DNA of 64,000 nucleotides from a virus (IMGVR_UViG_3300025924_000017:96001-160000); one strand, 5' to 3'. Shown: positions 34,104-43,676, counted from the first letter of the stretch. Translations and numbers: made by a program. The notes: generated by a model not told the origin, from the letters alone.

Positions 34104-34280
34104 CTGACCCGCCCCAGATCGCCCATTACCCTGCAAGGAATTCTCCTTCTGGTCGCGTGTTCATGCGTTCTGGTCCGGCTTGTCGCCTTCCATTCCACCC
34201 CGTGGGTCTACTTTGCGTTCCCCGGGATCGTCTGGATCGTCTCGTTCGTCGTCAACGTCATCAAAGAGAGTAGAAAATAG
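34104..34280 (+). CDS. small two-TM membrane protein, CTG start (absent from ORF track)
   Basis: GGAG SD 9 nt before CTG; MTRPRSPITLQGILLLVACSCVLVRLVAFHSTPWVYFAFPGIVWIVSFVVNVIKESRK. Confidence 0.55.
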   Translation: MTRPRSPITLQGILLLVACSCVLVRLVAFHSTPWVYFAFPGIVWIVSFVVNVIKESRK

Positions 34281-34282
34281 CC

Positions 34283-34531
34283 TTGGACCCTCTGCCATTC
34301 CCTCCGAAAATCATCGAGCACCGCGAGCGCACCCACCATCGCGAGTATGCCGTCCAGAACAACCTCTACGCCGAACTGGTCAGACCGCAGCGCTCAGCCC
34401 CGCGACGCGGCTCCAAACGGACACCGAAGCCCGAGGAACTCTTCGCGGACGCCATCAAGGCCGGTCACGTGAAGGTCATCCGCCGCCGGGGCAAGCCACC
34501 TCAGATCGTCTGGCTGAAGAATGTTCGTTGA
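34283..34531 (+). CDS. hypothetical basic protein
   Basis: 82-aa ORF, TTG start right after the previous stop. Confidence 0.55.
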   Translation: MDPLPFPPKIIEHRERTHHREYAVQNNLYAELVRPQRSAPRRGSKRTPKPEELFADAIKAGHVKVIRRRGKPPQIVWLKNVR

Positions 34532-34757
34532 ACTCGAATTCGGTAAAGGTCAGGTTGTCGTCGCCCGGACGATGGACCGCCCCGGCGTGGTGATCGCCCC
34601 CGCGCGCTCCGCCGGAACCGTTGGTGCGGATGCGTCTTGCGAATTACCGCTCATGGGCGGGGTCATTCTTCGTTTCGACACCCACGAGCAGGCCATTGTC
34701 GTTCGCGAGGCCCTGCGTTCTCCCCAAGAGTCACAGACCACGACAGCAAATCCGTAA
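34521..34757 (+). CDS. hypothetical protein
   Basis: 78-aa ORF overlapping the previous stop. Confidence 0.55.
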   Translation: MFVELEFGKGQVVVARTMDRPGVVIAPARSAGTVGADASCELPLMGGVILRFDTHEQAIVVREALRSPQESQTTTANP

Positions 34758-34760
34758 TTC

Positions 34761-34789
34761 TTGACACTCCGGGCCGATTGGGGAATGGT
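34761..34789 (+). promoter_or_regulatory. promoter of the primase gene
   Basis: CGTAATTC-TTGACA-17-AATGGT. Confidence 0.45.
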
Positions 34790-34840
34790 GCTGGCCGCTG
34801 CCGGTCCCCACACGGCTCACCCCGATTCCCCGCATGGTGC

Positions 34841-37800
34841 ATGTCTCAAGCCGCTGAATTCCTCAACGCCGTTTTTTCTTCTACCGACGCGGCAATCTCA
34901 TTCGACCTGAACGGTCAGATCATCACGGACGCCGAAGAAATTGATCGGGATACGATCAAGGAGCGGCTGAGCGAAGCGTATGTCGGCCCGTTCACCGATC
35001 AGGGCGTTTGCTTCGTCCACGGCTTTCTCGATGGTGCGACGGTGGACGATGTGGCGTCCTGCCGCTTGCAGCCCACCGCTGTTCTGAAGAAGCACGGCGA
35101 AGACAAATTGATCTTCGTCTGGGCATTCGACGCCCCGGTCGATGATATCCGCATTTCGCTGCTCACCGACGCTCTCGGCATGGCCTCGCCGGAGGAGTTC
35201 ATTCCGCTCCCGGGCGTGGACGGCTGGGAGCTTTTGGAGACGACTCCCGAGTGCGTCTATTCGTTCGACGTTCTTGCCGAAGTCTATGTGCTCGATGACA
35301 CAGTCGTCGAAGCCGATCCCAACGCGGATAGCGCGTTCGCCACCGAACCGGAAACACCTGCGACGTATGGTGATGCCGTTTGCGTCACGCCCTACAACGA
35401 AACCGATCACTTCAACGAGATCACTGTCGCCCTCGGCCCGAACCGCGAGTCGAAGCAGTGGAAGCCGATGTCGATGCCAGCAGGCGCCTTCATCGCGCGC
35501 CTCTGCCAGCATCAGGTCGGCAGGAAAGACGGCCCGGCGTTTGTGCTCGGTGACATGGTTCCGGGCCAGCGCTTCAAGAACCGGGTCAAGTCTCTCTACG
35601 GCGTGGGACTCGATATCGATACCGGCACGCCGTCGAGCACGGTCGATACCGCATTGGCCGCGCTTCAGGTTCAAGCAGTCCGGTACACTACACACTCGCA
35701 TCTTAAGACGCACACCGACTTCAACAAGGATCGCGTCATCAAGTGGTCCGAAGGTCGCGAGATCAATGACGATCTCATCCGCGAATTCCTGACGACGGTC
35801 GAGCAGTGGGACGCAGACATTGTCGCATCCGCCGAATATCTCGGCACGGATCACACCGAGAAAGGCATCGTCTGTCAGGTCAGCCACAACCCGATGCCGA
35901 AGCATCGTGTGGTTCTCCTGTTCAAGGAGCCTTTCGTCATCGAGAACGAAGGTAAGACGCAGAAAGAAGCGATGGACAAGTGGGCGAAGGTGCCGGAAGC
36001 ACTTGCGCGTCTGCTCAACGTCCCCTTCGACACGTCCTGTACCGATCCTTCACGCCTGTTCTATTTCCCGCGCCACGCGGACGGCAAGCCGTTCGAGATC
36101 AGCGTCTTTGGCGGCCCGTACTTCGACTGGCGCACGCTGGAACTTGACGATCCGATGGAGCGCCTTGCCGCGACTCTCGACAAGGGCAAGTCCAAGTCCA
36201 AAACCAAGGAAGGTAAGGAACTCGGCCGCTGGTCGTTGAAACGCGCCCACGGCTTCCAGATCGCCGATGTGATCGAAGCCAATGCGCCGGATCGCATTCG
36301 CCACAACACAGGTCACGGACTGGAGATCGAGTGCCCGTTCGACGAGAGCCATTCCAACGCCGGTGATCCCGAAGACCGCGCCTGCTTGGTTGTGAACGCG
36401 GGCGAGGGGCCGAGCGAGTGGTTCACGATCTCCTGCCGTCACGAGACCTGCCGCGACAAGACCAATCTCGACATGCTGGGCAAGATGATTGCGGACGGCT
36501 GGTTCGAGAAGGACGTGCTCGAAGATGAGCAATTCAATGCCATCCTCGAAGAGGATCAGAAGCCCGAAGTCGCCGTCCAGATCGAAAAGCAGGACGAAGC
36601 GAAGAAGGACTACATCACCGCAATCGAAGCCTTGGAAGGCGACTCCAGCGAGGAGACGGTCCAACACGCGATCACGCTGTTGTTGGATGCGAAGCTCGGA
36701 ACATTGGAGCAGGTCAAGGCCGAGAAGCTCCTCAAGAAGGTCCTCGGCGTCAATTCGACCGATGTCCAGAAGCTCCTCAAGCGCGCGCGAACCGACCGAA
36801 TGCGCGACACGAAGCATGAGGAGATGGACGGCGAGCGGATGATCTTCCGCTATCAGGGCGAGTTCAACTTCGACGACGCCTTCAACATCTGCGTCAAGTC
36901 GCTCAAGGCGACGAATGACCGCGCCAAGAAACCTGTGTTCTCGTGCATCGACTCCGAGCCGGTTCGGTTCATGACGAAAAGGAACGAAGGCAAGGAAAGC
37001 GTTTCATTCGAACCCATCTCGAACCGCACTTTGTGGTCGGAGCTTTGTCGTTATGTGGCGTTTGTCCGCACCAGCGATCAAGGCGACGGCGCACGCGGCA
37101 AGGTCCCGGAGGACGTGGCGAACCTTGTGTTCGAGCAGGCGTACCATAAGCTCCCGCAGGCGCCCGAAGTCATTTATACCCCGCTGTTTTTGCGTGATGG
37201 TACGCTGCTTGCGGCGGATGGCTATCACTTTGATCCGAAGCGCCCCGATTACAAGAACCTGCTTTTGATCTCGAATGGCCTGCTTGACGCGATGCCTCAG
37301 GTGCCGCGTGCGCCGAGCGCCGAAGACGTCGAGGAAGCACGCGACTGGATCATCACCGAACTGCTGAGCGACTTTCCGTTCCTCGACACCGATAGTCAGG
37401 GTAGCGAGCGTCGGGAACCGTCGCTGGCGAACGCACTTGCCATGCTCATTACACCGTTCATGCGGCGCATGATCAATGGGCGTACGCCGGTGTTCTTCGT
37501 CTACAAGCCCCAGCCGGGCACCGGCGGCACGCTCTTGGGGCAGCTTCCCATGTGGCTGTTCGACGGCGCGGCGGGCTCCGCAACGCGCTATTCGCAGAAC
37601 GAAGAAGAAATGCAGAAGGGCTTGATCGCGGCCGTGCAGGAACCGCGCTCGCATCTGTTCTTCGACGACGTCAAGGACTTCAACAACCGCGAGCTTCTGC
37701 GCGCCATCACGCAGGACAATATCTCCGGGCGCCTCCTCGGCGCGTCCCGCAACATCAGCGTGCCCAACCGCTTCAACTGGGTCGGCACCGGCAACAACAC

Positions 37801-38416
37801 CGTCATCCTCGACGAAATGCGCCGCCGGACGGTCTACATCCGCCTGAACGCGCAGATGCCCGACGCCACCACGCGTATCTTCCGCCATCCCGACATCTCA
37901 GGCATGGGCTATACGGAATTCGTCAAGAAGAATAGGCACATCGCGGTTCGCCACATCCTGACGCTGATCCAGTACTGGATCAGCATGGGCATGCCGCTCT
38001 TCAGCGAGCGTCGGCGCGCGTCGTTTGAGGACTGGTCGGCGAAGGTCGGCGGCGTTCTCCAAGCCTGCGCCGTGGAAGGCTTCATCGACAACTTCGACGT
38101 GGTCTCGTCGGACTTCGAAGATGCGGCGTCGCGTCAATTCGTGCGCGATCTCTTCCACTATAAGGGCTCGAACTTCGTCCATACACCGAACGCGTTGTTC
38201 GACTGGGCGAGCGAGAACCGCTTCGACATCATCAGCGGCAACAACGAAGATCAGAAGCGTTCGCGCTTCATGAAGAACTCGCTGCCGTCGATGCAGGACC
38301 GCACCTATCGCATTGATGGTGAAGACTTCATGTTCCAGCAGGCGATGGACAACCAGCAGAACCTCGGTTTCCAGCTTGTGAAATTGGAGCGCGAGGATGA
38401 AGCCCGCGCGGCGTAG
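34841..38416 (+). CDS. primase-helicase (RepB-like + AEP primase + Zn finger + P-loop domain)
   Basis: GLDID, YTTHSH, DPSRLFYFP AEP motifs; CPF..SH...CRH..C; QPGTGGTLL / LFFDDV P-loop. Confidence 0.8.
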   Translation: MSQAAEFLNAVFSSTDAAISFDLNGQIITDAEEIDRDTIKERLSEAYVGPFTDQGVCFVHGFLDGATVDDVASCRLQPTAVLKKHGEDKLIFVWAFDAPVDDIRISLLTDALGMASPEEFIPLPGVDGWELLETTPECVYSFDVLAEVYVLDDTVVEADPNADSAFATEPETPATYGDAVCVTPYNETDHFNEITVALGPNRESKQWKPMSMPAGAFIARLCQHQVGRKDGPAFVLGDMVPGQRFKNRVKSLYGVGLDIDTGTPSSTVDTALAALQVQAVRYTTHSHLKTHTDFNKDRVIKWSEGREINDDLIREFLTTVEQWDADIVASAEYLGTDHTEKGIVCQVSHNPMPKHRVVLLFKEPFVIENEGKTQKEAMDKWAKVPEALARLLNVPFDTSCTDPSRLFYFPRHADGKPFEISVFGGPYFDWRTLELDDPMERLAATLDKGKSKSKTKEGKELGRWSLKRAHGFQIADVIEANAPDRIRHNTGHGLEIECPFDESHSNAGDPEDRACLVVNAGEGPSEWFTISCRHETCRDKTNLDMLGKMIADGWFEKDVLEDEQFNAILEEDQKPEVAVQIEKQDEAKKDYITAIEALEGDSSEETVQHAITLLLDAKLGTLEQVKAEKLLKKVLGVNSTDVQKLLKRARTDRMRDTKHEEMDGERMIFRYQGEFNFDDAFNICVKSLKATNDRAKKPVFSCIDSEPVRFMTKRNEGKESVSFEPISNRTLWSELCRYVAFVRTSDQGDGARGKVPEDVANLVFEQAYHKLPQAPEVIYTPLFLRDGTLLAADGYHFDPKRPDYKNLLLISNGLLDAMPQVPRAPSAEDVEEARDWIITELLSDFPFLDTDSQGSERREPSLANALAMLITPFMRRMINGRTPVFFVYKPQPGTGGTLLGQLPMWLFDGAAGSATRYSQNEEEMQKGLIAAVQEPRSHLFFDDVKDFNNRELLRAITQDNISGRLLGASRNISVPNRFNWVGTGNNTVILDEMRRRTVYIRLNAQMPDATTRIFRHPDISGMGYTEFVKKNRHIAVRHILTLIQYWISMGMPLFSERRRASFEDWSAKVGGVLQACAVEGFIDNFDVVSSDFEDAASRQFVRDLFHYKGSNFVHTPNALFDWASENRFDIISGNNEDQKRSRFMKNSLPSMQDRTYRIDGEDFMFQQAMDNQQNLGFQLVKLEREDEARAA

Positions 38417-38445
38417 AACTACAGTAGCATGAAAAGGAAGAGTGC

Positions 38446-38751
38446 ATGAAGAAGTCTTGGCGTACGTCCAAGCGCGCTTTGTTTGTCAAAGGCATCGCAT
38501 ATTTACTCGGAGTTTCGAGTCACGTCATCACCAAGGTCGCGCGGATGCCCGGCGATCCGCATTTCCCGGGTGAGTGTTGCCGACCGGCGGCGCACGGCGG
38601 CCCATGCAACGGCTATCCAGCGGAGACCTGCCCCGGCTACCACGCGTGGCGCGTCGGCCGCGCAGAACTCGACGCCGAGCGATCCTATTTGAAGAGGCGC
38701 TCGGACGTACCGCCACCGCCTCCACCTCTGGAGGGCAGGGGACGCCCATGA
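38446..38751 (+). CDS. hypothetical protein
   Basis: AAGGAAG SD; Cys/His-rich 101 aa. Confidence 0.55.
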   Translation: MKKSWRTSKRALFVKGIAYLLGVSSHVITKVARMPGDPHFPGECCRPAAHGGPCNGYPAETCPGYHAWRVGRAELDAERSYLKRRSDVPPPPPPLEGRGRP

Positions 38752-39137
38752 AGGTTTTCAAGCTCATGAAGGACGGCGGCCCGCTGTCCCGCGTCTGGGG
38801 CTTCTTCTTGATCGAAGCCAAGACACTCTTCTCCATCGCGTTCCTCTATTTCAAGAACGGCTCTCGTGAGGCGTATCACACCCACGCGTTCAACGCGATC
38901 TCGTGGGTGCTGTGGGGCAAGCTGATCGAGCGTACGATTGACGGCCGCGAGTTCGTCTACACGCCGAGCCTGATCCCGATCTACACACCGCGTGACCGGT
39001 TCCACAAGGTGACGAGCGAGGGCAACACGCTTGCGATCACGTTCCGGGGACCTTGGATCGCGAAGTGGAAGGAATTCCTTCCCCACCTCCGCGCATTCAT
39101 CACACTGACTCACGGTCGGAAAGAGGTCGCGGCGTGA
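38748..39137 (+). CDS. cupin-like protein
   Basis: HTHAFNAISWVLWGKLIE and FHKV cupin motifs. Confidence 0.7.
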   Translation: MKVFKLMKDGGPLSRVWGFFLIEAKTLFSIAFLYFKNGSREAYHTHAFNAISWVLWGKLIERTIDGREFVYTPSLIPIYTPRDRFHKVTSEGNTLAITFRGPWIAKWKEFLPHLRAFITLTHGRKEVAA

Positions 39138-39313
39138 TACCGGTCGTAGAGCCCAAGCACCTCAACGGTGTCGCCGCGCTCATCGCCGCTGAAGGGACAG
39201 CTTTGAAGAAGCTCCCAAACGAGATGGACACGGCGTTCGTCAAGCGGATCGTGTGCGCTTACCTGAATGCGACGATTGGCATGGGTGTTGAACCGGTGCA
39301 CCTGCCGCGTTAG
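39134..39313 (+). CDS. hypothetical protein
   Basis: GTG 39134 overlaps the previous stop, GAGG SD. Confidence 0.55.
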   Translation: MIPVVEPKHLNGVAALIAAEGTALKKLPNEMDTAFVKRIVCAYLNATIGMGVEPVHLPR

Positions 39314-39585
39314 TCGGCGATAGGATATTCCCGGTCAACAGCCGCCATAGCCGCTTGAGGCGTCTTCCAGCGGCGCGGCCAGCCCAGTCGTCCGTTCCCC
39401 ATTCGCAGGTATTTCTCGCTGGGATCAGGCTCCCATGCGGTCCACATACGCGCGTTCGAGTTTTCCGGGTTCGGATACGGCGACCGTCGATCCCAAAGAA
39501 CCACGGCGCCGTCAGAGCGTCGCCATTTGTGATCCTTTTGGACCTCTTTCCAGTGATGAGACGTTTGTGGACTCATCCTCACCAC
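39310..39585 (-). CDS. hypothetical protein
   Basis: Trp-rich 91-aa ORF in the minus-strand block. Confidence 0.6.
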   Translation of the reverse strand: MVRMSPQTSHHWKEVQKDHKWRRSDGAVVLWDRRSPYPNPENSNARMWTAWEPDPSEKYLRMGNGRLGWPRRWKTPQAAMAAVDREYPIAD

Positions 39586-39717
39586 AATGCGTGGACAACG
39601 ACGGCGTCCGCCGGGTCTTTGGGTTTACGGCCACAGCTACGATCTTCGCGCCGGTTCACGTAGCCTTGCACGACGCACGAGCAGCGGGGCCAGACCTTAC
39701 ACATCTTCGGCTTGCGC

Positions 39718-40176
39718 TCAGACGAGGACCCACTCGACCGTGATGCCGAGTGACTTCGCGAACTTGGTCTCTTCGATGACACCTTCGGATTCCTCCCAGT
39801 TGTGGGCCATGAGGACGCGGACTTTCTTGCATCTGCGGATCAGGGCCTCAGAGTATTCCTTCCAGAACTTCCAGTCCTTGCCGAGCCCGGGGACCTGTTG
39901 GAGTGCGTAGTGGAACCAGAGCACGCCGATGACGCGTTCACCTTTCAAGGCGAACTTCCCCATCTCGCGGCAATAGATTGCCATCCGCGCCTCGATCACT
40001 TCCGGCGACGGATCGGAGTAGGGCATCGAGACGAAGATCAAATCATCCGCCTTCGATGTTGTCTCCTCGCCGAGGATTTTCCGTATTTCGATGAGTGTGG
40101 CCTGAAGGTTGTGGCCCTTCTCACAAGCCTTGTAGCCTAACTCGGCAGCGAAGAGCGCGACTGCATTGACGCTCAT
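39718..40176 (-). CDS. DUF1937/nucleoside-deoxyribosyltransferase-like fold protein
   Basis: IFVSMPYS...W...LIRRC...NWEESEGV.EE..FA motifs. Confidence 0.72.
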   Translation of the reverse strand: MSVNAVALFAAELGYKACEKGHNLQATLIEIRKILGEETTSKADDLIFVSMPYSDPSPEVIEARMAIYCREMGKFALKGERVIGVLWFHYALQQVPGLGKDWKFWKEYSEALIRRCKKVRVLMAHNWEESEGVIEETKFAKSLGITVEWVLV

Positions 40177-40348
40177 TGAGATGCCTCACCTAGGATGTCG
40201 TTGACGACCTCCACCATGCGCGGGTCTTGCTCGGAGAATTTCCGCAGCACGCTGGTGACAACAATCGCCGCCGTTTCATCATCCAGCTTGCCGGAAGACG
40301 AGGCTTTGGCGGCGCGGATGAGGGCCTTCATGTCGTTGGTCTGCTTCA

Positions 40349-40618
40349 TCAGCGCACCCGATGCGTCCCGTTCGCCATGAGCAGCCCTGTGAACCCATCG
40401 TCATGAATGACGTGGAACGTACGACCGATGGCGCGTTCCGAGATGCTCTTCACGTCCGAGATGTCATGCCATCCGCGCATGTTGTAGCCGCCAGCATCGT
40501 GGCTGAAGCAGTACCAGACGGTTCCGTTGATCCCGAAGACAAAGTTGTGACCGACGACCCAGTGGTCTGGATGACTCTCCGGCGTGATGTCGGGAGGAAG
40601 CGCTTCACACATCGTCAA
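40349..40618 (-). CDS. hypothetical protein
   Basis: 89-aa ORF with start/stop coupling. Confidence 0.6.
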   Translation of the reverse strand: MTMCEALPPDITPESHPDHWVVGHNFVFGINGTVWYCFSHDAGGYNMRGWHDISDVKSISERAIGRTFHVIHDDGFTGLLMANGTHRVR

Positions 40619-42090
40619 TGGGCTCCCTCCAGTAAGCTCTCCGCATACAGCGGCCCGAAAAGGGCAGGATGTGTCAGCGCCAGAATGGTCATCTTGGCGC
40701 CGATCTCCGTGAGCGCGTCGTAGTAGTCGGCGCTCAGGTGATTGCCGGACTTCTCGTGACCGAGTTCGTGGATCACGAGGTCGATGATCTTGTGTAACGG
40801 CCCGCTGAAGAAGCCGTACCCGAGGCGCCCGACATTGAAGTCCAGATTGCGGTGCCCGTAAGTCGCGACTTCGCCCACCGTGGTATTGTTACTGAACGAC
40901 ACGTTGATCTTGACGCCGATGACATGCGGTGCAGCGGCTTCGCAGAACGCGGCAATCGCGACCATCGATTCCGTCCACTTGCTGCGCGGGATCGTGATGC
41001 GGGGAACGGTATTGTCCGGGCGCGACGGTGTGACCTTGCCAGCAGGCAGGATCGCATTTGCCCGGCGCATCAGCCCCCACTCGACGCCGGACAGGTTGCC
41101 GCCATGGACGACCTGATAGCCCTGCGAGACGGCGATGTTGTTCGCTTCCGGATCGGACGGATCATACGCGACACGATGCGTGCCGAAGCGCAGGTCCGCA
41201 ATCTTGCGGATCGTGTCGTCCGAGAGATCGTCGCCGCCTTCCTGCACGGCGATCTTGATCCACGATTCGTTGACATCCTCGACCTTGAGGCTGTCACGCA
41301 TATGCTCGACCGTGAGTGCGTGCACCTTGGCGAGGTAAGCCGGTGTGACGTTGTCGCGGTCTAGGTTCAGCGGAACCTTCTGATGGACGTTGACATGATA
41401 GCGTCCGTCGATCTCGACCACCGGGATGCCCATCTCGTAGAGATACGCCTGATCGGCCGCGTGGTGGATCGTGACCTTGGTCTTGCGGGTCGTACGCCGC
41501 ATGACGCCTTCACTGTCAGCGACTTCCGTGGGCAGCGACTCGGCGAAAGACACCTCGGGAGGCAACGGCTGGAGGTATTGAACCCCGGCGCCGAAGTCGA
41601 AGCTGGTCGTCACGCCTTCCGGCGGGATCAGAAGATGAAGCGCTTCCTCGCAAGCCGCGATGTCGTCGTTCGTCATGCGAAGTTCGCCGACGAATTCGGT
41701 ACCACTGTTGCGGCAGTTGCTTGTGGAGGACCGGCGCCCGGACTCCTCGAAGTACACAGCGCCCTTCGTAGAGCGGATAGACGCTTTGCGGCACATCGCC
41801 AGTACGAGCTTTTCGCCGAGATTGAAACGGCCACGCTTTTCTGCATCGACTTTCTTGGCGGATTCGGCGAACAACGTGAACGCGTGCGTGAGATCGACGA
41901 AGCCTTCCGGGTTGTCGTCGATGACGATCAGGCGGACGTATGGACTGGAGCCGATGCGCTCGATCTTGACCGAAACGTTATTCGTCTTCTCGTCGTAGGC
42001 GTTTTGCAGCAGTTCGTATAGGATGAACCATTTGGGCTTGCCCTCGCGGAGCTTCGCCAAGCCGTCTTTGGAGACTTCGAACCAATCCAT
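40615..42090 (-). CDS. GHKL (HSP90/MORC-like) ATPase with C-terminal HExxH motif
   Basis: ELLQNAYD, DDNPEGF, RGRFNLGEK Bergerat motifs; HELGHEKSGNH near the C-terminus. Confidence 0.8.
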   Translation of the reverse strand: MDWFEVSKDGLAKLREGKPKWFILYELLQNAYDEKTNNVSVKIERIGSSPYVRLIVIDDNPEGFVDLTHAFTLFAESAKKVDAEKRGRFNLGEKLVLAMCRKASIRSTKGAVYFEESGRRSSTSNCRNSGTEFVGELRMTNDDIAACEEALHLLIPPEGVTTSFDFGAGVQYLQPLPPEVSFAESLPTEVADSEGVMRRTTRKTKVTIHHAADQAYLYEMGIPVVEIDGRYHVNVHQKVPLNLDRDNVTPAYLAKVHALTVEHMRDSLKVEDVNESWIKIAVQEGGDDLSDDTIRKIADLRFGTHRVAYDPSDPEANNIAVSQGYQVVHGGNLSGVEWGLMRRANAILPAGKVTPSRPDNTVPRITIPRSKWTESMVAIAAFCEAAAPHVIGVKINVSFSNNTTVGEVATYGHRNLDFNVGRLGYGFFSGPLHKIIDLVIHELGHEKSGNHLSADYYDALTEIGAKMTILALTHPALFGPLYAESLLEGAH

Positions 42091-42268
42091 GATCAGGCCC
42101 TCACTGCGATGGGGTTGGTGAACGCATCGACGCCGGAGCGGCGCAGACGTGCAACCAGCTTACGCGCCACCGCGTACGGGCGCAGGCGCGGGTTGTTGCC
42201 GACATGCCTGCTGTAGGCCGTGGCAGAAGGCCAGTAGCGCACCTCATGCATTTTGCGCATTTTCATGA

Positions 42269-42634
42269 TCAAAACTTCCCTTCGAGTGAGAAACCGTGGC
42301 GCTGGATGATCGGCTCGATGGTCTCGACAGTGAGCATCGCAGAGCCGAGCGACGACACGAGCTTCGCCAAATTCTTCTCGCGCTGTTTGTCTTGATCGAG
42401 CACGCGCTCAAAGGCCTCGATCAGGCGCGACTTGAACTCGTAGCTGTTGAGTCCTTCGATGAGAGCAGGCTCTTCCTGATCGCATTCGTGCAGGTTCGTT
42501 TGACGGTCGGCGAGGATGTCCAGAACGCGATCCACCAGCGGGCCGGTGATTGTGACCGTGAGGCCGGGCTGTTTCGCCTTGTGGACACCGAGGTAGTCCA
42601 CGGCGAGGCTGCGAATTAGCGGAGCGTGAGCCAT
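42269..42634 (-). CDS. hypothetical protein
   Basis: 121-aa ORF, GGAGG SD. Confidence 0.65.
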   Translation of the reverse strand: MAHAPLIRSLAVDYLGVHKAKQPGLTVTITGPLVDRVLDILADRQTNLHECDQEEPALIEGLNSYEFKSRLIEAFERVLDQDKQREKNLAKLVSSLGSAMLTVETIEPIIQRHGFSLEGKF

Positions 42635-42635
42635 G

Positions 42636-42884
42636 TTACTCCTCCACCGCGTCGTCGTTCATGTGGGCGCGATAGATATCGCGGCCGAATTCGGTACCGA
42701 CGTTGTGCCAGCGCCAGTCCTTCGGCAGCTTGCCGGTCTGCGCCTTCGTCGGGGAGGCGTAGTAGTAATCCCCGATGGCATAGAGGGCGACCTGATAGCT
42801 GCCCGGCTGGTAGGTATAGTCTTTCATCTCGGCGAGATCGAAGCCGAGGTGCGTTGCGATGATCTCCGGTGCTCGTTTTGCCAT
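42636..42884 (-). CDS. hypothetical protein
   Basis: 82-aa ORF, GGAG SD, directly under a strong promoter. Confidence 0.65.
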   Translation of the reverse strand: MAKRAPEIIATHLGFDLAEMKDYTYQPGSYQVALYAIGDYYYASPTKAQTGKLPKDWRWHNVGTEFGRDIYRAHMNDDAVEE

Positions 42885-42914
42885 TTGCGACTCCGTTTGC
42901 GATTGAACGGATAC

Positions 42915-42943
42915 CTTATAGCGAGCCCGAATTCAATTGTCAA
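42915..42943 (-). promoter_or_regulatory. near-consensus sigma70 promoter
   Basis: TTGACA-17-TATAAG on the minus strand. Confidence 0.75.
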
Positions 42944-42966
42944 CAGTCGAGTGACGAATTAACCTA

Positions 42967-43167
42967 TTATATATTCGGGGCTGCCGGGGTTGTGGGCAGC
43001 GGAATTGCTGAAAAACGCCGCTGGGCGTGCCAAAGTGTGATGTGGTTGGCGGTGCCTTCAATGGTTACGTTCTTGATGGTGTGGGCGCCTTGGAGGTGAG
43101 CCTTGAACGCACCGCCGTCAGTAAACCACTTGGGGCAAAATGGGCATTTGAACGACATCCCACCCAT
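42967..43167 (-). CDS. small C2H2-type zinc-finger protein
   Basis: FKCPFCPKWFTDGGAFKAHLQGAH. Confidence 0.65.
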   Translation of the reverse strand: MGGMSFKCPFCPKWFTDGGAFKAHLQGAHTIKNVTIEGTANHITLWHAQRRFSAIPLPTTPAAPNI

Positions 43168-43641
43168 TTACTTCTGCCCTTCCGCGATATCGATCAGTTT
43201 TTGGCGGAGCGCGACTGCGTCCCACCACGCGTTATGCTGGACGGCGTCTGCCAGTCGCGTCGGATAGGCATCGACGCGACGCATCTCGAATTTAAGGCTT
43301 GGAATCCCTGAGACCATTTCGCCCGGCTTCGTGATCACAGCCCGGCAGAAGTATGCAATATCGTCGGGCCAGTCGGTGACGATCACCGGGTCATTGTCTC
43401 GGGAAAGGAACGTCTCGATCATCCGGGCGAGTTCTGCCGGTTCGTTGTAGCGCAGGATCGTGATGGACGGCAGCACTTTGTCCATGAACGGATGCACGTT
43501 CTTCTTCACCCACGGATGGAGCTTGCGTGCGTCGTATTTTGCGACGGCGTAGAAGTGATCCATGAGATCGTCGCGCACGAGCGCGAGGCTCAGGAGTTCG
43601 CCACCATGGCCGTTGAATTCGCAATCGAGATAGTAGCGCAT
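43168..43641 (-). CDS. DEDD-type 3'-5' exonuclease (RNase H fold)
   Basis: YYLDCEFNG, DWPDDI, HNAWWDA motifs. Confidence 0.8.
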   Translation of the reverse strand: MRYYLDCEFNGHGGELLSLALVRDDLMDHFYAVAKYDARKLHPWVKKNVHPFMDKVLPSITILRYNEPAELARMIETFLSRDNDPVIVTDWPDDIAYFCRAVITKPGEMVSGIPSLKFEMRRVDAYPTRLADAVQHNAWWDAVALRQKLIDIAEGQK

Positions 43642-43647
43642 GTAATC

Positions 43648-43676
43648 CTCGTAGCACGGATGATGCTAATTGTCAA
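43648..43676 (-). promoter_or_regulatory. promoter giving a leaderless exonuclease mRNA
   Basis: TTGACA-17-TACGAG; ATG 7 nt after the -10. Confidence 0.55.
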
